64,000 nucleotides of DNA, taken from Candidatus Iainarchaeum sp. GTDB taxonomy: Archaea; Iainarchaeota; Iainarchaeia; Iainarchaeales; JAGVWC01. The notes below the pieces were generated by a model. It ran no database searches. It had not been told where the DNA came from and saw nothing but the letters and a program-made list of their open reading frames with translations. Made by a program: the position numbers and the translations under genes. The stretch lies in NCBI GenBank assembly GCA_018304465.1, contig JAGVWC010000010.1, positions 96,001 through 160,000 of the forward strand, read 5' to 3'. The first letter of the stretch is position 1, and each line of letters starts with the position of its first letter. Positions 54,275 through 62,869 of the stretch are shown here, one piece after another.

Positions 54275-54880
54275 CTACACCAAGCGCTTTTTTAGGCGAA
54301 AAACACGGTTTTTTTCCGTTATTTGGTAAAAAATCGTATTGTGAACCTTTAATCGATTCGTCTTTTCTCGGTCCAATCCAAGCAGACATTTTAACAGCAA
54401 ACGCATCGTATTGGCGTGCGTGACCACCACAATGGTTTCCAGACGACTCTTTTTTAGCTTTCGTACAAACGGCCGCACGCGTTTTTCGATTTCCCAATAA
54501 TTCTCTCCGTGCAACGGCCGGACTTTGTAATGGTCTTTTCGCCAGTTTCCCACCACGCCCGGAAAACGCGTTTCGATTTCATCCCGGGGTTTTTTTTCCC
54601 ACCAGCCAAAATTCTGCTCGACCAACGCGGGATCAAAAACGATTTTTTTCGAATCAAAATCCAGTTTCTTGCAAAGAATCAGCGCCGTCTCGCGTGCCCG
54701 AAACGCGGGACTTGCAAACACCCCGTCCACGCGACTGTTTTCTTTCCGAATGACTTTTCCGATCGCCGCGGAATCGCGTTTTCCTTTCAAGGTCAACACC
54801 GCATGAGCCCGACCCGAAAAACGCTCCGCGCGGTTTAAATCCGACTGCCCATGGCGCAAAATCCAAATCGTTTTAGACAA
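54275..54880 (-). CDS. Histidine phosphatase family protein (intact RHG)
   Basis: ILRHGQS, SP..RARETA, EQNFG.WE, GE, VVTHA. Confidence 0.92.
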   Translation of the reverse strand: MSKTIWILRHGQSDLNRAERFSGRAHAVLTLKGKRDSAAIGKVIRKENSRVDGVFASPAFRARETALILCKKLDFDSKKIVFDPALVEQNFGWWEKKPRDEIETRFPGVVGNWRKDHYKVRPLHGENYWEIEKRVRPFVRKLKKSRLETIVVVTHANTMRLLLKCLLGLDREKTNRLKVHNTIFYQITEKNRVFRLKKRLV

Positions 54881-54886
54881 AACCCA

Positions 54887-56032
54887 TCACTCAATCAACA
54901 AAATATCCGAAAGCGAAGACGCGTGTCGGTTCTCGTTTTTGCGCACCACGCGATCAGAACCCATTCCGATTCCAAGGCCCGATACCCGAAACAAAATCGC
55001 TTCGGACGCGCGCGCGGAAACAACCGCGGTTTCTTCCAGTTTCCAACCTTTTTTTTTCAACCATTTTTTAAACCAACTCAGCAAACTTTCGTTGTCCAAA
55101 CAGGAGTCCACGGCAATGTAATCATCCAAAAGCAACCGATTTGCCAACGATTCCAAACGCGAAGATCCGCCGCCGCCAAGCAAAACCGTGTTAAACCTCC
55201 GCTGGCGAAGCTTTTCAAGGACTTCGGGCACGTTTTTTTTCGGTTCGTCGTTTTCCAACAAAACGCTTTCCGAAAACACGACGTTTTTGAACCGATCGGC
55301 CGTCAAACCCGATTTTTTCAACATGGTTTCAAGCACTTGCTCGGACGTCTTAGCCAATTCTTCCATGCTTCGCTCCTTGTGCACAAGCTCGCCCACATCC
55401 ACTTCCGCGACCCGTTTTCCGTGTCGAATCGCGTCAAGCAAAATCGCGACGTCGATTCCCCACTTGGTTTCAATCCGCAAAGCGGAAAGAAAACTTTTGC
55501 GGCAACAAAACTGGCCGCTTAACGGCTGGTCAATCTGCGTTCCGGGAAACAAAAGATTCATCATCGGACGCGCGGCCAAAACCGTCAAACGCCCGCGTTT
55601 ACGCGAAAAACTCGCCTTGACCAAATCCGCCTGCTTGTGCAACACCGGCATCGCCAACGCATTGATTTTTTCCGTCGGAAAATTCGACAAATCCGCGTCC
55701 AAAAACAACAGCACGTCATTGGACGCGTTCTCGATTCCAGACTTGATCGCGCGTCCTTTTCCAAAATTTTTCGAATGCGTTACAACCCGAACCCGCTCGA
55801 TTCCCGCGACTTGGGCCGCGGTTCCATCCGTACTACCGTCATCCACGACAATCACCTCGTTGACAAACCGAGACGCAAGACTCGACAACACCACCCGCTT
55901 GATGGTTTTTGCCTCGTTTAACGCCGGAATCACCACCGTGACTTTTTCATGAATGAGCCAGTCGGATGACTTGAACACCGCGCGATTAATGCCTTCCAGC
56001 ACCGACAACAAAGAATCCAAAAAACGATTCAT
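54887..56032 (-). CDS. GT-A glycosyltransferase (GpgS/MpgS-like) fused to a degenerate HAD-like domain
   Basis: VIPALNEA.TI, VVDDGS.D.T, FLDADL, GRLT.L.ARP, QPLSGQF, WGIDVAIL.D. Confidence 0.85.
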   Translation of the reverse strand: MNRFLDSLLSVLEGINRAVFKSSDWLIHEKVTVVIPALNEAKTIKRVVLSSLASRFVNEVIVVDDGSTDGTAAQVAGIERVRVVTHSKNFGKGRAIKSGIENASNDVLLFLDADLSNFPTEKINALAMPVLHKQADLVKASFSRKRGRLTVLAARPMMNLLFPGTQIDQPLSGQFCCRKSFLSALRIETKWGIDVAILLDAIRHGKRVAEVDVGELVHKERSMEELAKTSEQVLETMLKKSGLTADRFKNVVFSESVLLENDEPKKNVPEVLEKLRQRRFNTVLLGGGGSSRLESLANRLLLDDYIAVDSCLDNESLLSWFKKWLKKKGWKLEETAVVSARASEAILFRVSGLGIGMGSDRVVRKNENRHASSLSDILLIE

Positions 56033-56182
56033 AAAAAACCCCGCGAATGTAAGAAAGAAGCCAAAAACCATTAAAAAGACTCTCAAGCAAACAATCCCTA
56101 ACAGCCTTTTGATTAATCGATCAAAAGCCTGGGGAAAAAACCGCTTTTTGGGATTTTCGCCAGCCTTTTTCAAAAAGGCTGT

Positions 56183-56300
56183 GGGGCTGTAGTCTAGCCT
56201 GGTAGGACTCGTGCTTTGGGACAGCTTTTTTGCTGCGGCAAAAAACCTGGGAAAAACTGCAAACCAGCACGAAACCTGAGTTCAAATCTCAGCAGCCCCA
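56183..56300 (+). tRNA. tRNA-Pro(TGG) with 45-nt intron (56221-56265) at canonical position 37/38
   Basis: GGGGCTG/CAGCCCC acceptor, CGTGC/GCACG anticodon stem, strict BHB (TTTG/CAAA helix, GG|A and CC|A bulges, CAG/CTG closing), CTGAG-TTCAAAT-CTCAG. Confidence 0.95.
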
Positions 56301-56346
56301 AAACAATATCCGGTTTTAAAACACTCGTACAAGCAAGTAATTGCAC

Positions 56347-56419
56347 GGGGCCGTAGTGTAGCTTGGTATCACTTGAGGCTGGGGGTCTCAAAACCCGAGT
56401 TCGAATCTCGGCGGTCCCA
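56347..56419 (+). tRNA. tRNA-Pro(GGG)
   Basis: GGGGCCG/CGGTCCC, TGAGG-CT-GGG-GG-TCTCA, CCGAG-TTCGAAT-CTCGG. Confidence 0.95.
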
Positions 56420-56550
56420 AACATTTTTTTTCCGAAAAAAAGTCGCGAAAGATTTTTGTTTTCGCCCTTCTTTTTTAAAAAAACCGTTCGCAAACCTTTT
56501 TATCCACCAACCCCCCACAAAAATGCGGATCGACAAAAAAAGGATTTTTT

Positions 56551-57108
56551 ATGGCCAAAATAAAACGAACACGCCCCCCAAAAAGGCAGACAAGAAAAAG
56601 CACCGGACCCAAAATGCCGACTCGCAGGTCAACGGAACACGAAATCCGAAGGATGCTTCGTCGAGCCGCGCCCCGCGGGACCAGGGCAGCCGAGATGAAA
56701 AGCAGACGATTGGCTGAAAACCAAGCCATCGAACAAGGCCTTCACCAATTCTCAGCCGATCCGGTGATCGTTGCCATCCAAGAAAAAATCCAAAACCCCG
56801 ACGTATTCACCTTTGCATTTGGCGCACCTGAACTCAATCATATCGCGCTTGGACAACTAGACGAAAAAGAATACCGATACTTGGCTCAACAACACGGCGT
56901 CCGATTGAAAAAAGGACAATCCACCCCGTACCTGGACGGGCTAAAAGCCCAAACGCCTCACCAACCCGCCGCGACAAACGTGCCGGCACCCAAAGAAACC
57001 GCTTCGCGACGCCCCGCGCGTTTCGCTCGAAAACCAAAACTCGAACAAAAACCCATATTCACGGTTTTTAAAGAAACGCGAACCCAAATAAAACAGAGAA
57101 AAACATGA
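56551..57108 (+). CDS. Hypothetical protein with very basic termini
   Basis: MAKIKRTRPPKRQTRKSTGPK; ATGA overlap with proS. Confidence 0.7.
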   Translation: MAKIKRTRPPKRQTRKSTGPKMPTRRSTEHEIRRMLRRAAPRGTRAAEMKSRRLAENQAIEQGLHQFSADPVIVAIQEKIQNPDVFTFAFGAPELNHIALGQLDEKEYRYLAQQHGVRLKKGQSTPYLDGLKAQTPHQPAATNVPAPKETASRRPARFARKPKLEQKPIFTVFKETRTQIKQRKT

Positions 57109-58616
57109 AACCCAACGACAAAAAAAACAAGACATCCGAGTCCAAAAACGTTCGCGAAGACAAAGTCATTTTTAATCTTGACAAAGAAACACAGTTTTCC
57201 GACTGGTTCACCGAAATCATCAAAACCGCGGAACTCGCCGACTTGCGCTACAACATCAAAGGCTTTTTGGTTTTCCAACCGTGGTCGGTTCTTGCCATGG
57301 AAGCCATGTATGATTATTTCGAACGCGACCTGCAAAAACGCGGACACAAACCCTACTGGTACCCCGCGTTGATTCCGAAATCCAATTTAACCCGCGAATC
57401 CGAACACGTCAAAGGATTCGTACCCGAAGTGTTCTGGGTCACGGAACATGGAAACAACGAAAAACTCGAAGAACCCTACGCGTTACGCCCCACGAGCGAA
57501 ACCGCGTTTTACCCGATGTTTAGCATCTGGGTCCGTTCCTACAAAGACCTCCCGTTTTTGACTTACCAGCGCGCACAGGTCTGGCGATACGAAACCAAAG
57601 CCACGCGCCCGTTTTTACGCAGCCGAGAATTCTACTGGATCGAAACCCACTGCGGATTCAAAAACGCCTCCGACGCGTACCAACACGTACTCGGCGACAT
57701 GCAGACCACCGAACGCGTCATGCACCAGATATTCGGAATCCCGTTCATTTTTTTCCAGAGACCCCAATGGGACAAATTCGCCGGCGCCGACAACACGTTT
57801 GCCGCGGACACGATCATGCCGGATGGAAAAATCATCCAGCAACCCTCAACCCACATGCTCGGAACCCATTTTGCCAAGGCATTCAACGAAAAATTCAACG
57901 ACGAAAGCGGACAAGAACAACTGGTATACAACACCTGTTACGGACCCGCCATCAGCCGCATGTTCGCTTCCGTGATTTCGTTTCACGGAGACAACAAAGG
58001 CCTGCGCTTCCCTTTCGAAATCGCCCCGGTGCAAGTCATTATCACGCCGATCGCGGCACACAAAAATCCTTCCGTTAACGCGAAAGCCCTGCAGCTGCGA
58101 AACCAATTATTCGACACGGGTTTACGCGTCGAAGTGGATTCGTCCGACAAAATGCCGGGAGAAAAATTCTATTACTGGGAAATGAAAGGAGTCCCGATCC
58201 GAATCGAAATCGGACCCAAAGAACTCGACAAAAACGTCGTCATGCTGTACCGGCGCGACACCGAAACCAAAACCGAAATCAAGGAAAAAGACTTGCTTAA
58301 CGCCATCCAAAAAAACGCTTTCGAACTATCCGCAAATTTGCGAAAACAAGCGGATCAAAAATTCGAAAACGTGATCCGGGACGCCAAAGACCGCAAAGAA
58401 CTCGAAAAAATCGTGAACGACAGGGGATTTTGCCGATGCAACTTCTGTTCCATCAATTTGGACGGCGCCCGATGCGCGGAAACCGTCGAAAAAGAAATCG
58501 GAGCGACCGTACGCGGAAAACGCATCGACAAAGACGAAAAACCCTTCGGCACCCGCGAATGCGTCATCTGCAAACAAGCCGCCGGCGTCGTAGTGTACAT
58601 TGGAAAGCAATATTAA
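57105..58616 (+). CDS. proS: Proline--tRNA ligase (archaeal/eukaryotic type)
   Basis: FSDWF.E, E.EHVKGF.PEVFWVT, LRPTSET, RYET..TRPFLR.REF, WEMKGVPIRIE, C-terminal Y. Confidence 0.98.
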   Translation: MKPNDKKNKTSESKNVREDKVIFNLDKETQFSDWFTEIIKTAELADLRYNIKGFLVFQPWSVLAMEAMYDYFERDLQKRGHKPYWYPALIPKSNLTRESEHVKGFVPEVFWVTEHGNNEKLEEPYALRPTSETAFYPMFSIWVRSYKDLPFLTYQRAQVWRYETKATRPFLRSREFYWIETHCGFKNASDAYQHVLGDMQTTERVMHQIFGIPFIFFQRPQWDKFAGADNTFAADTIMPDGKIIQQPSTHMLGTHFAKAFNEKFNDESGQEQLVYNTCYGPAISRMFASVISFHGDNKGLRFPFEIAPVQVIITPIAAHKNPSVNAKALQLRNQLFDTGLRVEVDSSDKMPGEKFYYWEMKGVPIRIEIGPKELDKNVVMLYRRDTETKTEIKEKDLLNAIQKNAFELSANLRKQADQKFENVIRDAKDRKELEKIVNDRGFCRCNFCSINLDGARCAETVEKEIGATVRGKRIDKDEKPFGTRECVICKQAAGVVVYIGKQY

Positions 58617-58638
58617 ACCTTTTTCAGTCTTTTTTTGC

Positions 58639-59091
58639 ATGGAAGAATTTTCCCGAACCTTTTCCGCAAGCGCTTACGTGGTCCACGACCAAAAAGTACT
58701 CTTGGTGCGCAACAAAAAACTCGATCTGTGGCTTGCGCCCGGCGGGCACCTGTTGCCAAACGAACTGCCACACATCGGGGCAAAACGCGAAGTCAAAGAA
58801 GAAACCGGATTAGACATCCGGATTTTTCCAAGCGATGACGAAACTGACATTGACGGCGCAAGCGTCTTACCCAATCCACATCACGTCATCGTGTACAAAA
58901 TGTGGCCCGGACACGAAGTCATCAACATGACGTATTTCGCCAAGCCCGTTTCCGCGATTCTAAAACCAAACGAACGCGAAATCGCCGAGGCTAAATGGGC
59001 GGATATTACGGAACTCGAAAAAATGAATCTTCCAAAAAACACGAAAAAATTCGCGATCGAAGCAATCAAAACCGTTGATGAAAAACCATGA
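58639..59091 (+). CDS. NUDIX hydrolase
   Basis: PGGH...NE.P..GAKREVKEETGL. Confidence 0.92.
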   Translation: MEEFSRTFSASAYVVHDQKVLLVRNKKLDLWLAPGGHLLPNELPHIGAKREVKEETGLDIRIFPSDDETDIDGASVLPNPHHVIVYKMWPGHEVINMTYFAKPVSAILKPNEREIAEAKWADITELEKMNLPKNTKKFAIEAIKTVDEKP

Positions 59092-59762
59092 AATCCCTCA
59101 AAGCAGTCATATTCGATCTGGACGGAACCCTCGTCGACACCATTCCGTTTCACTCGCAATCGTTTTTTGAACTGTTTTCCGACTTAAATCACCCGGTTCC
59201 CATGCGGCGAATCAGGCCCTTAATCCGCCATCCAACCGAAAAAATATTCGAAAAACTTCACGCGCGAAAACGACTCGGAATGGACATCGAAAAACTCCTG
59301 GAACTACGCCGGAAAAAATACTACGAACTCATCAGAGGAAAAAAAATCGTGTTTTCGGACGCGTATCCCGCGTTATTGGAACTGCACCGCTACAAAAAAG
59401 GAATCGCGACCAACTCCAGCCGCCAAACGCTTGAAGCCTCCACCAACCAGAGACTCCTGCGGTTTTTCAAATCCACGATCACGTTTTCCGATGTCTTGCG
59501 CGCCAAGCCCAATCCCGAAATGCTCAACAAAATCAGCCGGAAACTCCGCGTAAAACCATCCGAATGCGCGTTTATCGGAGACTCGGTCATGGATATTCGA
59601 AGCGCCAAAAATGCCGGCATGACATCCATCGGGCTTTATCGAAAAACAGGCGCGTCCACCCTGGCCGACCTACAAAAAGAAAAACCCGATTACTTGATCC
59701 GAAAACTCACTACGCTTCCCAAAATATTTCGCGAATTAGATCACGCCAACAAAAGGCTTTGA
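59088..59762 (+). CDS. HAD-family phosphatase
   Basis: FDLDGTLVDT, ATNS, KPNPE, IGDS..DI..AKNAGM. Confidence 0.93.
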   Translation: MKSLKAVIFDLDGTLVDTIPFHSQSFFELFSDLNHPVPMRRIRPLIRHPTEKIFEKLHARKRLGMDIEKLLELRRKKYYELIRGKKIVFSDAYPALLELHRYKKGIATNSSRQTLEASTNQRLLRFFKSTITFSDVLRAKPNPEMLNKISRKLRVKPSECAFIGDSVMDIRSAKNAGMTSIGLYRKTGASTLADLQKEKPDYLIRKLTTLPKIFRELDHANKRL

Positions 59763-60203
59763 CGAAAAAACCAACCGCCAGTATTCCACTTCTTTTCCCT
59801 GAATCGTTTCCGACCAAATCGAATCAAACGAAAAACCGAATTCGGAATACAGTTTTTTGGCGGCAGCATTGTCATGCGCGACAATGAGAACAACCGATTC
59901 CACGCCGCGTTTCTTTAGTTCCGAAAGCGAAAATTCAAGCAACGTCCGCGCGAGTCCTTGTCGACGAAACCCCTGGGCCACCACAAGACCGTTCATCCGC
60001 ACCGTCCACGATTCGATCCATTCGAACTCGATGAAACCCGAAAACACGCCGTCAGAAACCGTTTTGTACAACAAAAAATCGGGGTTGGATAGTTTTGACT
60101 CAAACGGAAACTTGTCCACGTCAAGATACGAAAACTCTTTTTTCACAAGTTCGTTGAGCACCGGAAGATCATTGGTGGAAACCGGGGCGATCCGCGGTTC
60201 CAT
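59736..60203 (-). CDS. GNAT-family N-acetyltransferase
   Basis: GLVVAQGFRRQGLA, N.AAKKLY..FGF. Confidence 0.92.
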   Translation of the reverse strand: MEPRIAPVSTNDLPVLNELVKKEFSYLDVDKFPFESKLSNPDFLLYKTVSDGVFSGFIEFEWIESWTVRMNGLVVAQGFRRQGLARTLLEFSLSELKKRGVESVVLIVAHDNAAAKKLYSEFGFSFDSIWSETIQGKEVEYWRLVFSSKPFVGVI

Positions 60204-60204
60204 G

Positions 60205-60879
60205 CTAAACAGACCTCAAAAAATCCGTGATCTCGATCCCGCTAACCGCGCAACCCGCGAATTTAACGCTCCATAACGCGGCTTCAAGACCCTGCTTTGA
60301 TTGCGACAGTTCGCCTTCGAACAATTTTTCCGAAAACGCCAACGCCAACAAGTCGCAGCTACGCACCACGGTAGGCCGCCCCAACAGATCCGAGAGTTTT
60401 TTTAATCGGCTGCTATCGGTTTGCACCTGACGGTCCATCCGCCGCGCGATCAAGGACTGCAAGCGATACGGATCCTCAAGCATCATCCGGCACGTACGCT
60501 CGTCAATCGCCAACGCGTCCGCATTAAGCGACTTGAATACCGCTAGGGCTTCCAGTTCTCCCGCCTGAAGCAACTGCAATGGCTTTTCATTGACAAAAAA
60601 AGAATTATTCGACAATTCCGCAAACTCCGCGTACAACGATCGAAGCGCGTCGCTTTGCGGAATCACTTCGATCCACCGGTCCATCACGGCTTGCTTTAAC
60701 CGGACCGCGTTCAGTTCGAAGCGCCGGATCGATTCCGGATGATGCACCGCTTCCTCGAACACGGACTGCGGAATCACGAACCGCAAGCCATGCTGGTGAT
60801 GCAAACGCTGCAAAATTTTCAAAAAACACTTTTCGGTAATCGAAATCAAAACGCTCGAATCAAACACGATCGTCGTCAT
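60205..60879 (-). CDS. PIN-domain protein (DUF3368/COG2405-like)
   Basis: IVFDSSVLI, IPQSVFEE, LQAGELEALA, AIDER. Confidence 0.78.
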   Translation of the reverse strand: MTTIVFDSSVLISITEKCFLKILQRLHHQHGLRFVIPQSVFEEAVHHPESIRRFELNAVRLKQAVMDRWIEVIPQSDALRSLYAEFAELSNNSFFVNEKPLQLLQAGELEALAVFKSLNADALAIDERTCRMMLEDPYRLQSLIARRMDRQVQTDSSRLKKLSDLLGRPTVVRSCDLLALAFSEKLFEGELSQSKQGLEAALWSVKFAGCAVSGIEITDFLRSV

Positions 60880-61439
60880 GGTTTTTTCTCCGCAAGCAAT
60901 TCTTTCAACCGATCCACACGCTCGGAAATGTTTTTGAGCACGGGCGTTTCCTCGTGCATTTTCGTAAAACCAATATAATTGAACAACGCTTGCTTGTCGC
61001 AACAAGTCAAACCGCACGCCTGGCTCAAACTCAGCCCCAGCGCGTACGCGGAACTCGCCTGTTTTACCCGCGCTTTCTCAATGAGGTTTTGCCAGTAATT
61101 TCCGAACTCAAAATCGACCTTGGCCACGGTCGAAACGACGCTGGAAAGTTTTTTCTCAAGCAAACCGAATTCATCGGAGCGGGCCAACGAAACCGCTTCG
61201 TTTATTTCGCGCAAAATCGAATCCGCAACGCGCGGCCAGTTTTTCGAACGCTGAAAATGCGCCTTGCTCAACAGCTTTCCAAGCGAATACGAAATCACGG
61301 CGATTTCGGCTTTTTTAGAATCGTTTTCAAACGCCGCCTGGGCAATCGCGTCGTTTGCGGCTTCGCGTAGCCCCAATTCGCTTTTGGCCAAAAAAGCCTT
61401 GGAAACACGCTCAAGCAGCAACACCATCGATTCGGTCAT
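60876..61439 (-). CDS. Hypothetical helical protein with UPF0175-like HTH
   Basis: YALGLSLSQACGLT....L.NY; ATGA overlap with the PIN gene. Confidence 0.65.
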   Translation of the reverse strand: MTESMVLLLERVSKAFLAKSELGLREAANDAIAQAAFENDSKKAEIAVISYSLGKLLSKAHFQRSKNWPRVADSILREINEAVSLARSDEFGLLEKKLSSVVSTVAKVDFEFGNYWQNLIEKARVKQASSAYALGLSLSQACGLTCCDKQALFNYIGFTKMHEETPVLKNISERVDRLKELLAEKKP

Positions 61440-61525
61440 ATCAACACCAACGCGTTTGCAATATTAAAACCCGACGATTAAAATAAAACCGCGGATTTAA
61501 ATACTTTGATTTTTTACTATATATT

Positions 61526-62869
61526 ATGAAAAGATTCTCCTTGCTTTTCACGGTTTTAAGCCTGTTTGCCCTGCTATTCACCCCTGTGTTCGCGGCGTTT
61601 TCTTCCTCGGACGCGGTGTTGTTTGTCACCGAAGAAAACCATTTCCTTGAAAAAACCGAAGACGTCGAACAACCCACCGTTGCCATCACGCACGGCAACA
61701 TCAAATACTGGGTGCTGCCCGTGATCCGCGGAACCGACGTCGTCACGTTCATTCCGATTCACATCAACGAAAAAACCGTTTCGCAAAACCAAGCCGTCAA
61801 CGAACAATTGTTTTCCACCGCGAATTTTCTGCGATCCTACCTCACCTACAAAAACAGTCTGGCAAGTCAGAACAAAAAATGGTTTTTGGGAAGCGACAAC
61901 CAATTGATCATTGAAAATCTTTCCACAAGCCTCAAAGACTCCGTGTACCGGCTCAACATCGTCAAATCCGAATTTCCCGAGGGAAGCGCCGACATTGCCA
62001 AAATGCAAACGAACCTGAATTCGATGGCAAGTTCCGCAGCCACCTTGTCCCAATCGATTTTCGAATTCCTGCAAACCGAAAGCGAATTCGTTTCCGCACC
62101 CGACACGGGAAAAACCGCGGCCATCAAAGACCAGCAAGCCGCCACCACGGAATTATTGCTTTTACTTGAAACCCAGGCGCGCGAATACAAAAGCCAAGTC
62201 AGCGCCCTCAAATTGAAAATCTCAAACTCGAATCTTCCGGCGGACAAAAAAAACAATTTCACCAAACTCGTCGACCCACCCGAAGAACTTTACACCATCG
62301 GAAGCACCTCGATCGGAAACTGGGTGATTTTAAGCAACGAAGCGTTGGCGCAAGTCCAATCCATTTACACGAGTTCCAAATCCAAAACGTTTCTCGAAGA
62401 CGCAAGCAACGCGTTTACGGTTCGAAACAACCAGAACGCGACGTACGCGGTATTGTTCGGATTAGACAACGAACTCAAAACCAAAACTCCGTATCCGACC
62501 CTTGAAACCGCCATCAAAGACATCGCGTCCGAACAAAAAAAATCCACGTGGACCAACCAGGACCAGTTGCAGGAAGCCTACACGAACTGGCAAAACGCAA
62601 GCGAAGCCTACGACAACAAACAATACGATCTGGCGAAAACCCTCGGACAAAAATCCAAAAAAGCCGTTTTACGCGTGATTGCGGACGGAACCGTCGAAAT
62701 CGAACCCGATCCGATCAATTGGGATCTCCTCATGAACGCGCTCATCGCAGGATTCATTCTGATTATTCTGTTGTATTTTGTCAAAAACCGGAACAAAATC
62801 ATCGGTGCCATCGCCCAACCCGCCCCCGAAGAAGGAGTCGACTTAAATGCCTGGAAACGCAACATGTAA
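61526..62869 (+). CDS. Secreted coiled-coil protein with C-terminal TM anchor
   Basis: Signal peptide, long helical body, TM plus basic tail. Confidence 0.8.
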   Translation: MKRFSLLFTVLSLFALLFTPVFAAFSSSDAVLFVTEENHFLEKTEDVEQPTVAITHGNIKYWVLPVIRGTDVVTFIPIHINEKTVSQNQAVNEQLFSTANFLRSYLTYKNSLASQNKKWFLGSDNQLIIENLSTSLKDSVYRLNIVKSEFPEGSADIAKMQTNLNSMASSAATLSQSIFEFLQTESEFVSAPDTGKTAAIKDQQAATTELLLLLETQAREYKSQVSALKLKISNSNLPADKKNNFTKLVDPPEELYTIGSTSIGNWVILSNEALAQVQSIYTSSKSKTFLEDASNAFTVRNNQNATYAVLFGLDNELKTKTPYPTLETAIKDIASEQKKSTWTNQDQLQEAYTNWQNASEAYDNKQYDLAKTLGQKSKKAVLRVIADGTVEIEPDPINWDLLMNALIAGFILIILLYFVKNRNKIIGAIAQPAPEEGVDLNAWKRNM

